From Candidatus Iainarchaeum sp. (GTDB lineage Archaea; B1Sed10-29; WALL01), in the NCBI GenBank assembly GCA_021162685.1, contig JAGGYF010000021.1, positions 11,976 to 75,975 of the forward strand: a stretch of 64,000 bases of DNA, in the 5' to 3' direction. Shown here one piece after another: positions 39,755 to 50,776 of the stretch. Position numbers and translations under genes: made by a program. Position 1 is the stretch's first letter; every line of letters starts with the position of its first letter. Below the pieces are notes generated by a model that saw nothing but the letters and a program-made list of their open reading frames with translations, was not told where the DNA came from and did not search any database.

Positions 39755-40372
39755 CTATTTTCCCAGTTTTGATTTGACCTTCTTCAATCTAAAGAAGTTT
39801 TCCCTGCCAAGCTCCTCTAGTCTAAATTCAATATATTTTGCTGTATTTCGTAGGTTTACAAGGACTATGTATTCAAGCGCATTTACGCGCCTTTTTGTCT
39901 TTTTTATGTCCTCTGCAAGTATCTTGACCTTCTCCTCTGCCTCTGCTAATTCAATTGCCTGTTTCAGAATCTTCCTGAATGTTGAAACCGTCTCATCCAG
40001 AAGTACAGAGGAATCATATAACCCATATTCTGGCATCGTTTTCTCCTCTTCTTCCATGTGTATTTTGGGAATTACAGCACCCATGATATTTGTAGTGGAT
40101 GCAGTTATTGAGATACTCGGATTCACTGCAAGACTTGCAGATTCAACTGCTATTTTTCCCATGACTGCTTCCAACTTGGCCAATGTTCTATACGCATTGT
40201 CTATGTTCTTCTCTAATTCCTCCCTTTTCTGTTTTGCATATCTCACACTATCAAAAAACTCCATGACCAACGCATCTCTCTTTTCCTTTAGTAGTGCATG
40301 TCCTTTCTCTGCTAACGCTATCTGTTTCCTTATCCTCAGCAATTCCATCCTTGTTGGCTTTACTGTTGCCAT
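39755..40372 (-). CDS. atpD: A1Ao ATP synthase subunit D
   Basis: MATVKPTRMELLRIRKQIALAEKGHALLKEKRDAL. Confidence 0.85.
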   Translation of the reverse strand: MATVKPTRMELLRIRKQIALAEKGHALLKEKRDALVMEFFDSVRYAKQKREELEKNIDNAYRTLAKLEAVMGKIAVESASLAVNPSISITASTTNIMGAVIPKIHMEEEEKTMPEYGLYDSSVLLDETVSTFRKILKQAIELAEAEEKVKILAEDIKKTKRRVNALEYIVLVNLRNTAKYIEFRLEELGRENFFRLKKVKSKLGK

Positions 40373-40376
40373 AACA

Positions 40377-41750
40377 TCATGTCCTGTACTTTGGATGATA
40401 CTTCTTTATGTGCGCTTCACTTATCCTCTTGAGCTCTTCCTCTGGTAGGTCTGCAAGGAGTTTCCAACCAATATCCAGTGTTGTTTCTATGCTCCTGTTC
40501 TCCTCATATCCCTGAGCAACAAACTCTTTCTCAAACCTATCCGCGAATATTAGGTATTTTTTGTCTCGTGGTGAAAGTGCTTCTTCTCCTATGACTGCAA
40601 CCAGGTCACGTAAATTTCTTCCCTCTGCATATGCAGCATAAAGTTGATTACTGACACCTGAATGGTCTTCCCTTGTCTTTTTATGCCCAATGCCCTTGTT
40701 CATCAATCGTGATAGGCAAGGAAGCACATCAATTGGAGGATATATGTTCTTCCTGTGCAAATCTCGCTTCAAAACAATTTGTCCTTCTGTAATATAACCA
40801 GTAAGGTCTGGTATAGGATGTGTGATGTCGTCATCAGGCATTGTAACAATAGGCATCTGCGTAATGCTTCCTTTTCTTCCCTTTATCTTTCCTGCTCTCT
40901 CGTATATTGTTGCTAAGTCTGTGTACATGTAACCAGGATACCCTCTTCTTCCAGGTACCTCCTCCCTCGCAGCAGCAATCTGTCTCAAACTCTCACAATA
41001 GTTTGTCATGTCTGTCAGTATAACCAAAACATGCATGTCCTTCTCAAATGCGAGATATTCTGCTGCTGTTAGTGCAACCCTGGGAGTAATAATTCTTTCA
41101 ATCGCTGGGTCATCTGCAAGGTTCAGAAACATTGTAACCTTCTCAAGTGCCCCTGTTCTCTCAAAATCCCTCATGAAGAAACGTGCTTCTTCATAGGTAA
41201 CACCCATTGCAGCAAATATGACTGAAAATTCCTCCTCTCTACCGAGTACTCTTGCCTGCCTTGCTATCTGTGCTGCAAGTTGGTTGTGGGGCAACCCAGA
41301 ACCAGAGAATATAGGTAACTTCTGTCCCCTGACAAGCGTGTTCATGCCGTCTATGGCTGAAATACCTGTCTGGATAAAGTCCTCTGGATAGTCACGTGAA
41401 GAGGGATTTATCGGCTCTCCGTTTATATCTCTCTTTTCATCAGGCACAATTGGGGGCCCATGTAAAGGATTTCCCTTTCCGTCAAAAATTCTACCAACCA
41501 TCTCATCTGAAACAGCAATCTTCATTGTTTCTCCTGTGAACCTTATGCGTGTTGATGAGGTATTAAGGCCAGATGTACTTTCAAATACCTGAACAACTGC
41601 TAACCCCTCTGATGTTTCAAGAACCTGGCCTGTTCTTATCTCTCCCCCTGGTCCCTCTATCTTAACTACCTCACCATATCCTGCTCTATCAACACCCTCA
41701 ACAATAACTAATGGTCCTGTAATCTCCTTCACTGACATGTACTCTTTCAT
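40377..41750 (-). CDS. atpB: A1Ao ATP synthase subunit B
   Basis: Conserved B-subunit sequence throughout; 457 aa. Confidence 0.9.
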   Translation of the reverse strand: MKEYMSVKEITGPLVIVEGVDRAGYGEVVKIEGPGGEIRTGQVLETSEGLAVVQVFESTSGLNTSSTRIRFTGETMKIAVSDEMVGRIFDGKGNPLHGPPIVPDEKRDINGEPINPSSRDYPEDFIQTGISAIDGMNTLVRGQKLPIFSGSGLPHNQLAAQIARQARVLGREEEFSVIFAAMGVTYEEARFFMRDFERTGALEKVTMFLNLADDPAIERIITPRVALTAAEYLAFEKDMHVLVILTDMTNYCESLRQIAAAREEVPGRRGYPGYMYTDLATIYERAGKIKGRKGSITQMPIVTMPDDDITHPIPDLTGYITEGQIVLKRDLHRKNIYPPIDVLPCLSRLMNKGIGHKKTREDHSGVSNQLYAAYAEGRNLRDLVAVIGEEALSPRDKKYLIFADRFEKEFVAQGYEENRSIETTLDIGWKLLADLPEEELKRISEAHIKKYHPKYRT

Positions 41751-43453
41751 TGTTTCACCCCCAATTGTTCTACAATATCATGCTCTATCTTCTTCACGTC
41801 TATCTCCTCTACATATTTCATTCGTGCTATTTCGGAGCGTACTGGCAACGTTGCAATTTCAGAGAGTGTTTTGTGTTTTATTGCCTCTTTTGCATGATGG
41901 ACAAACATCATAATCAAGCGTAACATATCAAACTGCTTCTTAGGTGAACAATACGCATCAACTTCGTGGAAAGCGTTTTGTTGGAGATAATCCTCTCTCA
42001 ACATTCTGCCTGCCTCCAAAATAACTTGGTCTTCTGGTGGCAATGCATCCGGCCCTACTAACTGAACGATTTCTTGTAACTCTGCCTCCTTCTGCAATAT
42101 TACCATTGCCTCGTCTCTGAGTTTTCTCCATCCTGGCGAAACATGCTCATTATACCACTCTGTTACATTATCCAGATATAGTGAATAACTTGTAAGCCAG
42201 TTTATTGCTGGGAAGTGTCTCCTATTTGCTAATGCTGCATCAAGCGCCCAGAACACTTTGGTTATACGTAGTGTGTTCTGAGTTACTGGTTCTGAGAAGT
42301 CACCGCCCGGAGGTGAAACTGCACCAACAAGTGAAACTGAACCAATTTCACCAGAAAATGCCTTTACTCTTCCTGCTCTCTCATAGAACTCTGCAAGTTT
42401 TGCTGCGAGATAAGCTGGATATCCTTCCTCACCAGGCATCTCCTCAAGTCTACCTGAAATCTCTCTCATTGCCTCTGCCCATCTGGATGTAGAGTCAGCA
42501 AGCATAGTAACGTCATATCCTTGGTCTCTATAATACTCACCAATTGTTACTCCTGTATACACTGATGCCTCTCTTGCAGCAACTGGCATGTTTGATGTAT
42601 TTGCGATGAGCACTGTTCGTTCTATAAGTTTATCTCCTGTTTTTGGATCAACAAGTTCTGGAAACTCCTGTAACACATCTGTCATCTCGTTGCCTCGCTC
42701 ACCGCATCCTACAAAGATTATAACATCTGCATCACACCATTTTGCTAACGAATGTTGTGTCACAGTTTTCCCTGCTCCAAATGGCCCTGGAATTGCTGCT
42801 GTTCCTCCCTTTGCAATGGGGAAGAATGTGTCCAAAATTCTTTGTCCAGAGATAAGAGGGGTGTCAGGATCCAGTTTTTGTTCGTATGGTCTCTTTTTCC
42901 TAACTGGCCATTTGTGTGCCAGAAAAACCTCTTTTCCATCTATTGTTCCGATGGGGTCGCGGATAGAATACTTTCCTGACTTTATATCGCCTACTTTTCC
43001 AGCAAACGGAGCAAGAATCCTATGCTCAATTGTTTTTGATTCCTGGACTGTACCTAGAACTTGTCCTGCCTTTACCTTTGCGCCCTTCTTTACTTTTGCT
43101 TCAAATTCCCATTTTTTTCTTTCATTTAGTGCAGGTACATCTATTCCCCTTGCAATGAAGTCTCCTGACTTCTGCTTCATTTTTTCTAATGGTCTTTGGA
43201 TACCATCATAGATTGACTTCAAAAGACCTGGTCCCAATTCTACGCATAGGGGTTCGTGCGTATCAACAACCTTCTCCCCTGGCTTTAGTCCAGAGGTTTC
43301 CTCATAAACTTGTATTGTTGCTTTATCTCTAACTAAACCAATGATCTCACCTATAAGGTTTTCCTCACCAACCCTTACTACATCATATACCTTAGCGTCC
43401 TTCATGTCTTTTGCAATAACAACTGGTCCTGAAATTTTAGATATTACTCCCAT
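41747..43453 (-). CDS. atpA: A1Ao ATP synthase catalytic subunit A (no intein)
   Basis: P-loop GPFGAGKT; start moved to [11 protein letters not shown] (ATG 43453), 4 nt after the atpF stop. Confidence 0.9.
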   Translation of the reverse strand: MGVISKISGPVVIAKDMKDAKVYDVVRVGEENLIGEIIGLVRDKATIQVYEETSGLKPGEKVVDTHEPLCVELGPGLLKSIYDGIQRPLEKMKQKSGDFIARGIDVPALNERKKWEFEAKVKKGAKVKAGQVLGTVQESKTIEHRILAPFAGKVGDIKSGKYSIRDPIGTIDGKEVFLAHKWPVRKKRPYEQKLDPDTPLISGQRILDTFFPIAKGGTAAIPGPFGAGKTVTQHSLAKWCDADVIIFVGCGERGNEMTDVLQEFPELVDPKTGDKLIERTVLIANTSNMPVAAREASVYTGVTIGEYYRDQGYDVTMLADSTSRWAEAMREISGRLEEMPGEEGYPAYLAAKLAEFYERAGRVKAFSGEIGSVSLVGAVSPPGGDFSEPVTQNTLRITKVFWALDAALANRRHFPAINWLTSYSLYLDNVTEWYNEHVSPGWRKLRDEAMVILQKEAELQEIVQLVGPDALPPEDQVILEAGRMLREDYLQQNAFHEVDAYCSPKKQFDMLRLIMMFVHHAKEAIKHKTLSEIATLPVRSEIARMKYVEEIDVKKIEHDIVEQLGVKQ

Positions 43454-43457
43454 TTTT

Positions 43458-43754
43458 TCACCCCTTAACCTCAACATTAAATCCTATTGCTTCTTTCGTT
43501 ATCTCATCAAGAATGTTCTGTCTTTCCTCGCCTGGTTTCTCAGGAAGAGGAATGACAATAGGGAATGTTCTCTTTCTCCTTGACTTCACAAAATTTTCTA
43601 CCTCCTCATAGTATTGATATGTTGTGATTATGATGCCAGCATCCATATCTACATTATGAAGTGCATGTTCTTTAGTTTCGGCAATAACTCCTTCTATACC
43701 AGCTAACCTAAATCCAATAACAAACCTTCTTGGTCCTATTGCCTGGATCTTCAT
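43458..43754 (-). CDS. atpF: A1Ao ATP synthase subunit F
   Basis: [23 protein letters not shown]; 98 aa. Confidence 0.8.
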   Translation of the reverse strand: MKIQAIGPRRFVIGFRLAGIEGVIAETKEHALHNVDMDAGIIITTYQYYEEVENFVKSRRKRTFPIVIPLPEKPGEERQNILDEITKEAIGFNVEVKG

Positions 43755-44875
43755 ATATTTATCACTTCCTCAATCTCTTTTTCTGAAAATCCCCCTGCTT
43801 TCATATGTATAATGGCTCGTATATTTGCAACCTCAACAGTTTTGGAATGTATATATGAGAGCAAAGGTCCAGCATTTAACATGTTTCCAAGTGCAATGCT
43901 CTTTATGAACCTCAATACCTCTTTGTTCAATGCTCTTTCATATGGTCTGAGTGAATGTGTCTTCTCTGCTTCTTGTCTAACAGAAGTTAATATCTCACCG
44001 TATTCTGTGTCCTCTAAAGACAACACAACTGCATCTGGGTTCTCTGCATCAGCAATTGCATATAACTTCTTGTACAACCTACCTATTGGAATGAGCATCC
44101 CCCTTACAATGTCTGTTTGTGCACCAATCTTTTTCAACCTCAGCAATGTCATTATATTATAAACATCAATCAACTTTTCAAGATACTGCCTGAACACAGG
44201 TAAACGTGCATACCCTACTGTTGTTTCAAGCACCCACCTATCTAATGCGTTTTCTATGTAACCAACATTTTTTGTTCGTTTGTATTCCGGAAGTGCTTTT
44301 GCGATAACAGAAGAGAATTCTGAATCTTGCAACTTTGAGAGCAGCTCATCCGTATCTGAAGAAGATGCATAATCCTGTAGTATCCTGTCTGTCTCATCCC
44401 ATGGAACATATGTTGGCTCTTTCCCAGCATGCTTTGCTCTCAATATTTCCTTCAAATTTGAAACAAACCAGAACTCTTTCAGATAAAGAGATAATGGCTT
44501 CTCAACATCGTCTGGTGCCATTGAGAGTATTCTTTTGTACGTATCCAGAAGTGCCTTTTTTAATCCGATATCTATCCTCTCTGTCTTGACAATATACGGC
44601 TCGTATTCCGTTCTTTCAAGAATTGATAAAACCTCAGATGCATCTCTTGTAGAGAGCATCTCAGAGTACTGGGTTTTGCTCAAAAGTTTCCCAGACATTG
44701 CATTTGCACGCGCATTTGGATATACGTATTTTGCAATGCCTATGATGTACCAAATGATTGGCACAAAGATTGCAAGTAGCAAAACAAGAGAGAAAACTAT
44801 AAGCAGAGCTAGGAAAACAACGGGGTCCTCAAACCCAAATGCTTGTGCTATTGGTAAGACGCTCTCAAAACTCAT
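43751..44875 (-). CDS. atpC: A1Ao ATP synthase subunit C
   Basis: Position in the operon, size 374 aa, helical. Confidence 0.75.
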   Translation of the reverse strand: MSFESVLPIAQAFGFEDPVVFLALLIVFSLVLLLAIFVPIIWYIIGIAKYVYPNARANAMSGKLLSKTQYSEMLSTRDASEVLSILERTEYEPYIVKTERIDIGLKKALLDTYKRILSMAPDDVEKPLSLYLKEFWFVSNLKEILRAKHAGKEPTYVPWDETDRILQDYASSSDTDELLSKLQDSEFSSVIAKALPEYKRTKNVGYIENALDRWVLETTVGYARLPVFRQYLEKLIDVYNIMTLLRLKKIGAQTDIVRGMLIPIGRLYKKLYAIADAENPDAVVLSLEDTEYGEILTSVRQEAEKTHSLRPYERALNKEVLRFIKSIALGNMLNAGPLLSYIHSKTVEVANIRAIIHMKAGGFSEKEIEEVINI

Positions 44876-45438
44876 CGTATCTCCTTTGTTATCAATTGCC
44901 TTATTGCATCCATATCTGTCTCAATAACATTTGATAATGTGTTGTCTATCTTTACTCCTGAACGTGTTTCTATAATAACACCTGGCTCGTCTAGGTCATA
45001 GACCACTTCATACTTCATCTTCAATGAATCATAAATCTCTTTATCCCTTTTATTGAGATGAATAATCACATCCTTTGTAGAAAGTTCTTTTACTGCTTCT
45101 TTTATCCTCTTCTCAAGAAATGCCTTGTATTTTTTCTTATCAAAAGTCCTCTTCTTTATACTATCTTTTACCTGCTTCATCACCTTATTAATTATCTTTT
45201 CTCTCTCCTCAAGATATTTCATCCTAACTCTTATCTCTGCATCAGCAATGATTCTACTTGTCTCAAACTCAATCTTTCTTTTGTTCTCCTCTTCTATCTT
45301 CTCCCTTTTCTGTTTTGCTTCTTTCTCTGCCTGCTTCATGATCTCCTCTGCTTTTTCCTTTGCTTCTCTGATGATACTCTCCTCTTCTGTCTTTGCCTTC
45401 TTTTCTATCTCATGCACAAGTTTTTCTATGCCTATCAT
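44872..45438 (-). CDS. atpE: A1Ao ATP synthase subunit E
   Basis: K/E-rich N-terminal helix; 188 aa; operon position. Confidence 0.8.
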   Translation of the reverse strand: MIGIEKLVHEIEKKAKTEEESIIREAKEKAEEIMKQAEKEAKQKREKIEEENKRKIEFETSRIIADAEIRVRMKYLEEREKIINKVMKQVKDSIKKRTFDKKKYKAFLEKRIKEAVKELSTKDVIIHLNKRDKEIYDSLKMKYEVVYDLDEPGVIIETRSGVKIDNTLSNVIETDMDAIRQLITKEIR

Positions 45439-45442
45439 TGTA

Positions 45443-46408
45443 TCACCCTAACAGCCCCACTCCAAGCATTATAAGGATCGCAACAAGCAATCCAAGTATT
45501 GCAAATGTTTCTGGGATAACTGCAAGTACTAATCCCTTTCCTAATGAGGTGGGGTTTTTTGCGATGCCCATTATCCCACCAGACGCCACAATTCCTTGTC
45601 CAATGGCTGAAAGACCAGCAAATCCAATAGAGACCCCTGCTGCTATTGCTGCAAATCCTGCTACCTCACCAAGGTTTGTTGGCTTTCCAGAAATGATGCC
45701 AATGAAGAAGAGTATGAGTATTGCTATGAGTAAACCATAGATTGCTTGTGTTTCTGGAAGGACGGAAAATGCCATTGCCTTTCCAAATAGTTCGCTCTTC
45801 TCTGATACTGCTCCAACACCTGAAGCAGCAGCAATTCCTTGTCCAATGGCTGAAAGACCAGCAACGCCAACTGCAATACCTGCTCCAATGGCTGCCAGTC
45901 CTGCAACATCACCAAGGTTTGTTGGCTCTCCAGAAATGATACCCATGAAGAAGAGTATGAGTATTGCTATGAGTAAACCATAGATTGCTTGTGTTTCTGG
46001 AAGGACAGAGAACACCATGGATTTTCCAAACATTTTGGAGTCACGTGCAGTTGCTCCTGCACCTGCTGCTGATGCTATTCCTTGTCCAATGGCTGAAAGA
46101 CCAGCAACGCCAACTGCAATACCTGCTCCAATGGCTGCTAATGCCATTGGCAACGTTATCTCACGTGGTGCTCCGCCCAATATGCCAACACCCATCATAA
46201 TCAAAACCGCAATAAGGAAGCCATAAAACCCTTGTGTCTGCGGAATTGCCTGGAAAATAATTGCTGTTGAGAACTTCTTTGGGTTCTCAGCAACAATACC
46301 TGCACCTGCAGCACCGGCAATACCTGCTCCAATACCTGCTGACAACCCCGCAATACCAACTGCAAGGGCAGCTCCAATAAGTGCAATCGCAACCTCAACT
46401 CCTATCAT
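45443..46408 (-). CDS. atpK: A1Ao ATP synthase proteolipid (K/c subunit), quadruplicated: four hairpins, 8 TM
   Basis: Four ~80-aa repeats, each GxGxGxG...P(E/Q)T(Q/F). Hairpins 2-4 carry PETQ/PETF carboxylate; hairpin 1 has PQTQ. DNA tandem repeat visible. Confidence 0.85.
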   Translation of the reverse strand: MIGVEVAIALIGAALAVGIAGLSAGIGAGIAGAAGAGIVAENPKKFSTAIIFQAIPQTQGFYGFLIAVLIMMGVGILGGAPREITLPMALAAIGAGIAVGVAGLSAIGQGIASAAGAGATARDSKMFGKSMVFSVLPETQAIYGLLIAILILFFMGIISGEPTNLGDVAGLAAIGAGIAVGVAGLSAIGQGIAAASGVGAVSEKSELFGKAMAFSVLPETQAIYGLLIAILILFFIGIISGKPTNLGEVAGFAAIAAGVSIGFAGLSAIGQGIVASGGIMGIAKNPTSLGKGLVLAVIPETFAILGLLVAILIMLGVGLLG

Positions 46409-48378
46409 TTTATCACCACATGTTTTGTTTTTATTGAAAACGGAGAAAAGAGCTCTCCACCGCTCTCGTAGAACTTACTAAAGAATTCAACATAATGCAA
46501 TCTTAAAGAGTGAATAAATGAACCCAATGCATTCATCACAAAGTTAAATGTATGACCTGCTATGAAAACAATAATTCCTATAAGTATGCCAATGTAGGGG
46601 AGATCCCATACAATCTGTGTGAGTATGTTCACTGTTAGTGCAATACCACCAGTTGCAAGTGCTAATGCCAGCAACCTAGAATACGACAAAACATCACCAA
46701 GCATGCCTGTCACATTCATCATACCTAATGCTTTTTCGTTATAGATGAATAATGCAAGAGCTAACAGCATCATGAGCATACCAAGATTTTGGAAGGGCGT
46801 CATAGCATACACTACTGCACCATACATAAGGAATAAGAAACTGAACTTATCAAGTAGTGCTTGTTTTAGATTTCCTTTTCTTATAAGCTCAAATGCACCT
46901 ATCATAAGACCAACGGTTAGATGTAAAGCACCTACCACAAGTGCTGCCTCAAGTATGAGGATCGGGTTCTTAATAGGATCAAGTGTTTGTCCGAAGAGAT
47001 TAAACGCCAAGGTATCAACATTGCTCCCTGTTAGTGCGTTATATGCCATCACACCAACAGTACCAAGATAGCCGCCAGTAAGCACGCCAAAGATAATTGT
47101 GAATAATCCTGCCCAAGTAAGTATATATGCCAAATCCCTTATTGTGCCCTTTGTTTTGAGATATAACAACAATCCAAGTGCAGAAAGAATAATGCCATAA
47201 ACAGTATCTGTCAGCATTAAACCAAAGTATATAAGGAACATTGGCGCGAGCATAGGTGTTGGATCAATCTCTCCATATTTTGGAGGGGCATACATGTTTG
47301 TGAGCATCTCAAATGGCTTTAATGGTTTTGGATTATCAAGAAGTACGGGCGGTTCTTCTCCTTCATCTGGTTTAAGTTTCCTTATCACTGCTTGTCCATC
47401 TGTCTCCTTCATTATCAAATGTTCAAATGCCTTGTATTTTTTTGAGGGAACCCATGCTTCTATGTATGTAGTGTAGTGTGTTCTACCAAACCATGTCCTT
47501 ATCTCTGACCTCTCTACCTCCAATTCCAATACATCATATAACACATCCAATTCCTGCTCGTACCTCTTTGCAATACGGAGTATCTTCCCAATCACCTCTT
47601 TCCTCTTCTCCTCTAACTGCTTTATCTCCTTCTTTATATGTTCTATCAGGTGTGATGGCTTTCCTTTCATATCTGGTATATCAATGTGTGAAAATCTCGC
47701 TATCCTCATTACCTTTTCAAACTCGCGTATGTCTTCCTTTAGTATAACGACAACTGCAAATGTCCTCTCCTCTTTTGCTGTTGTGTGTACAAAATAACCA
47801 TGCTTTATGTGCTTATGCATTTCTTCCCTGAGCAATGATGGCTTCTCCACAAATCCAATGAACGTTTTTGTGTATTTCCCTTCCCTTAAAAATTCAAGGT
47901 CAATATCTAACGCAAGCGTCTCAAGAAGTTCAAGATTGGAACGTAGGTCATTTATCCTATCATCAATTTCCTCCATTTGTGCCTCAAGTGGTTTTGTTTT
48001 TTCTTCTATCGCATCAAGAAGGCGTGTTGCGTTCTTTACCTTCTCTTTAAGCTCCTTTTCTGTAACCACTACCCTCTTCTTATCCTCCACACCAATAAAC
48101 TGGGCAATAATACTCTTCTCCTTTTTTGGCTTTGCACTATTGAACAGGTCAAGTATTCTCCGTGCCCTCAAAAGGTTCCTTGATATCTCTGGCCCCTCCT
48201 CTTTTAGTTCGTTTTTAACAAGCAATGCTTTCAGTGGTCCAGATTTTATTTTATCCGATATGTCTACAATCTCACAATTAGAAAATGTGTGGAGTCTATC
48301 AACAACCCTATCGCAATGGTCCGAACTTATTATCACTCCAACCTTCTGCATTGCTGCTGGTCTGAACATGTATTTCAC
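46405..48378 (-). CDS. atpI: A1Ao ATP synthase subunit I (a-subunit)
   Basis: Soluble N-terminal half plus C-terminal polytopic half; 657 aa. Confidence 0.85.
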   Translation of the reverse strand: MKYMFRPAAMQKVGVIISSDHCDRVVDRLHTFSNCEIVDISDKIKSGPLKALLVKNELKEEGPEISRNLLRARRILDLFNSAKPKKEKSIIAQFIGVEDKKRVVVTEKELKEKVKNATRLLDAIEEKTKPLEAQMEEIDDRINDLRSNLELLETLALDIDLEFLREGKYTKTFIGFVEKPSLLREEMHKHIKHGYFVHTTAKEERTFAVVVILKEDIREFEKVMRIARFSHIDIPDMKGKPSHLIEHIKKEIKQLEEKRKEVIGKILRIAKRYEQELDVLYDVLELEVERSEIRTWFGRTHYTTYIEAWVPSKKYKAFEHLIMKETDGQAVIRKLKPDEGEEPPVLLDNPKPLKPFEMLTNMYAPPKYGEIDPTPMLAPMFLIYFGLMLTDTVYGIILSALGLLLYLKTKGTIRDLAYILTWAGLFTIIFGVLTGGYLGTVGVMAYNALTGSNVDTLAFNLFGQTLDPIKNPILILEAALVVGALHLTVGLMIGAFELIRKGNLKQALLDKFSFLFLMYGAVVYAMTPFQNLGMLMMLLALALFIYNEKALGMMNVTGMLGDVLSYSRLLALALATGGIALTVNILTQIVWDLPYIGILIGIIVFIAGHTFNFVMNALGSFIHSLRLHYVEFFSKFYESGGELFSPFSIKTKHVVIK

Positions 48379-48695
48379 GATAGAATATGTAACAAAACCT
48401 TATTCACTGCTTTGGGGATCGCCTTCTGTGCTTTTGATTGCATGGACATGAGATTTTTGTTGCCTTTTTCTAGGATTTTCTGTGCTTGTGCTTCTGCCTT
48501 CTTCTTCTCAGAGACGAGGAGGGATTCTGCGTCCTTTTTGGCCTTCTTCTCCTCTGCAAGAACATACTTTTCTGCATCCTTCTTGGCCTTCTCTACTATC
48601 CCCTCTGCCCTCTTTCTTGCCTGCTCTATACGTGCAAATGCCTGTTCCTCTGCCTTTTTAATGTGTTTCAAGGATTCAATTGCCAATCTGCCCAC
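48375..48695 (-). CDS. atpH: A1Ao ATP synthase subunit H
   Basis: Small K/E/A-rich coiled coil at the head of the operon. Confidence 0.7.
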   Translation of the reverse strand: MGRLAIESLKHIKKAEEQAFARIEQARKRAEGIVEKAKKDAEKYVLAEEKKAKKDAESLLVSEKKKAEAQAQKILEKGNKNLMSMQSKAQKAIPKAVNKVLLHILS

Positions 48696-48739
48696 CCCAA
48701 AAATAGGGATTTAAATTATACACACTCAGTTTAAAAAGG

Positions 48740-48850
48740 TTATCTCTTTTTTCTGAACTTAGAAAGAGACTCCAGGAGGGGATAGGTATACACAGAATAC
48801 CATTTCTTCTTTTTCTTCTCCTTTTCCTTCTTGGCCTTTTTCCTTGGCAT
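48740..48850 (-). CDS. possible 36-aa lysine-rich small protein (MPRKKAKKEKEKKKKKWYSVYTYPLLESLSKFRKKR)
   Basis: ATG 22 nt downstream of the minus-strand TATA CTTTTTAAAATAGG; below the ORF-track size cutoff; low complexity, so weak. Confidence 0.25.
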   Translation of the reverse strand: MPRKKAKKEKEKKKKKWYSVYTYPLLESLSKFRKKR

Positions 48851-48954
48851 GTAATACATTATCTCTCCCCTATTTTAAAAAGGTTTCCAGTACCTGTTTA
48901 AATAACTAGGTCTATAATGTATGCATGCAATTTGGAGGAAAGTGCTTTGGGAAG

Positions 48955-49752
48955 ATGAGAGAGGTTGTAGTGCACAGGCCAGGATATGAATTCAAAATCA
49001 TTACAGACCCACAAAAGTGGGGTTTTGCTGGAAAGCCTCATCTGGAGACATCCCAGAAGGAGCATGACCTTCGTACAGATATTTTAAAGGGTGAAGGAGT
49101 TAATGTGCATTATATTGGAACAGAAGAGGCAACAAGCGCTAACCTTTTTATGACAAATGATTTAGGTGTTTGCACAAGTAAAGGTATAATCCTTGCGAAC
49201 TTCAAATCAAGACACAGAAGGGGCGAAGAACTTTACCTACAACTCTTTGCAATGGAAAAAGATATCCCTGTTGTTGGGCAGATAAAAAATGAGGCATTTG
49301 AGGCAGGGGACCTTGTCACATTATCCGAAAAATTAATACTATGCGGGCTTGGAAGAACAACAATGGAAGGCATAAAACAACTCACACACTACTTAGATGT
49401 TGCAGTCATGCCTGTTGATATAAGCAAAGAGTACAAACATTTGAATAAAGTTTTCGCCATGGTTGACAGACAGCTTGCAGTAATATACAAAAAGGCATTT
49501 AATGCTTCATTTTTTGATTTTCTTCGCAGAAAGAACATAGAACTTGTACCAATATATGAAGAGGAGCAGGCACTCATGGCTGCAAATGTGCTTACATTAG
49601 AAGCAGGAAAGGTAGTAATGGTGGATGCTGCGCCAAGAGCAAGGAGGGAGTTAGAAAAGAGAGGTGTTGATGTGATAACAACTGATATGCGAGAATTATC
49701 AAAGGGTGACTGTGGTCCCCGTTCTCTAGTTCTCACGCTGTACAGAAGTTAG
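48955..49752 (+). CDS. amidinotransferase-superfamily enzyme (DDAH / arginine-deiminase-like)
   Basis: C-terminal KGDCGPRSL resembles the catalytic Cys loop; ~265 aa; start at MREVVVHRPG. Confidence 0.5.
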   Translation: MREVVVHRPGYEFKIITDPQKWGFAGKPHLETSQKEHDLRTDILKGEGVNVHYIGTEEATSANLFMTNDLGVCTSKGIILANFKSRHRRGEELYLQLFAMEKDIPVVGQIKNEAFEAGDLVTLSEKLILCGLGRTTMEGIKQLTHYLDVAVMPVDISKEYKHLNKVFAMVDRQLAVIYKKAFNASFFDFLRRKNIELVPIYEEEQALMAANVLTLEAGKVVMVDAAPRARRELEKRGVDVITTDMRELSKGDCGPRSLVLTLYRS

Positions 49753-49858
49753 GCAAACCGGTGTATAAGCCAGAAAGTTAGCAATATAAGAATCAACGAA
49801 ACCGTAACAGGCAAAAGCATTGTTAAATCCATGCTAACCCTCTGGACGTGGCTAAACA

Positions 49859-50647
49859 TCAAGAAATAATTTCTTTTATCCTCCTTTTCTCCTCTTCTGT
49901 TAGGAGATTTAGATCAACATCCAATTCCTCTGCCCACGGGCAGTGCACAACATTTTGGATAAATGGATAGAAATCATTTTCCTCTAGATTCAATACATTG
50001 GAAATACCTTTTTCATCTATCTCCTTTATTGCCAGGTTCCTCAAGCTCCCCTCGTGTGCCTTCCTCATATTTGTTGCTCCAACAACAACAGTCTTTATAA
50101 AGTCCTGCTCAACAACCTCGTTATAATCTTTTCCTTTTAGTAAGTCCTTGACGACGCTCTCGTTCAAACCCAACTTTGACATAATGTCCTTTCTCTCTGC
50201 ATTTCTTTCCAGAAGAATCCATTGTACTGGTCTGTTCATATACACATAACTTGTGATTAGGGTATGGGCATCTTCTATGCCTCTTTCAAAAAGTTTGTTT
50301 TTATGTTCGGCAAGTTTTTCAACAAATCTTTTAAACATGTTTTCCTCATCAATCGTAAAGTGTGTTTTATCTTTCAGCTCTATTACCTTATTGATCTCAG
50401 TAGGAGAGATGCCTGTTATCTCAGCAATCTCATTGACCCTACCAGCCATGCCTTCCAAAGACCTCCTTATACCTGGGTACCACCTATTCAGCAATTCACC
50501 AGCAAAAAGTGTTCTTGGCTTTTCATTGATTTTATGCACAGCATATCCTAGACTTCTGAGATGGTTCTCCCAGTGCTCTGGAAACTCTTTTCCTCCTTTC
50601 ATGAGGATAATACCAAAACGCTTTGATTGCTTTAGTTGTTCTACCAT
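49859..50647 (-). CDS. hypothetical protein
   Basis: ORF only. Confidence 0.4.
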   Translation of the reverse strand: MVEQLKQSKRFGIILMKGGKEFPEHWENHLRSLGYAVHKINEKPRTLFAGELLNRWYPGIRRSLEGMAGRVNEIAEITGISPTEINKVIELKDKTHFTIDEENMFKRFVEKLAEHKNKLFERGIEDAHTLITSYVYMNRPVQWILLERNAERKDIMSKLGLNESVVKDLLKGKDYNEVVEQDFIKTVVVGATNMRKAHEGSLRNLAIKEIDEKGISNVLNLEENDFYPFIQNVVHCPWAEELDVDLNLLTEEEKRRIKEIIS

Positions 50648-50776
50648 TGTGTCACCTGGGAAGCATCATCTACGCAAAAATCATTTAAAAACATTTTGTT
50701 TTCATACTTTTTCATACAGTATTAAATATGAGAATTGTGCATTAACTATATGGCATTAATTTCGCGAGGTGGGTGT

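Noticed and set aside
45742-46226. Plus-strand ORFs 45742-45939, 45985-46200 and 46017-46226 with near-identical MLVFLEG... translations
   Set aside because: Antisense to atpK; their identity simply reflects the tandem DNA repeat inside the proteolipid gene.
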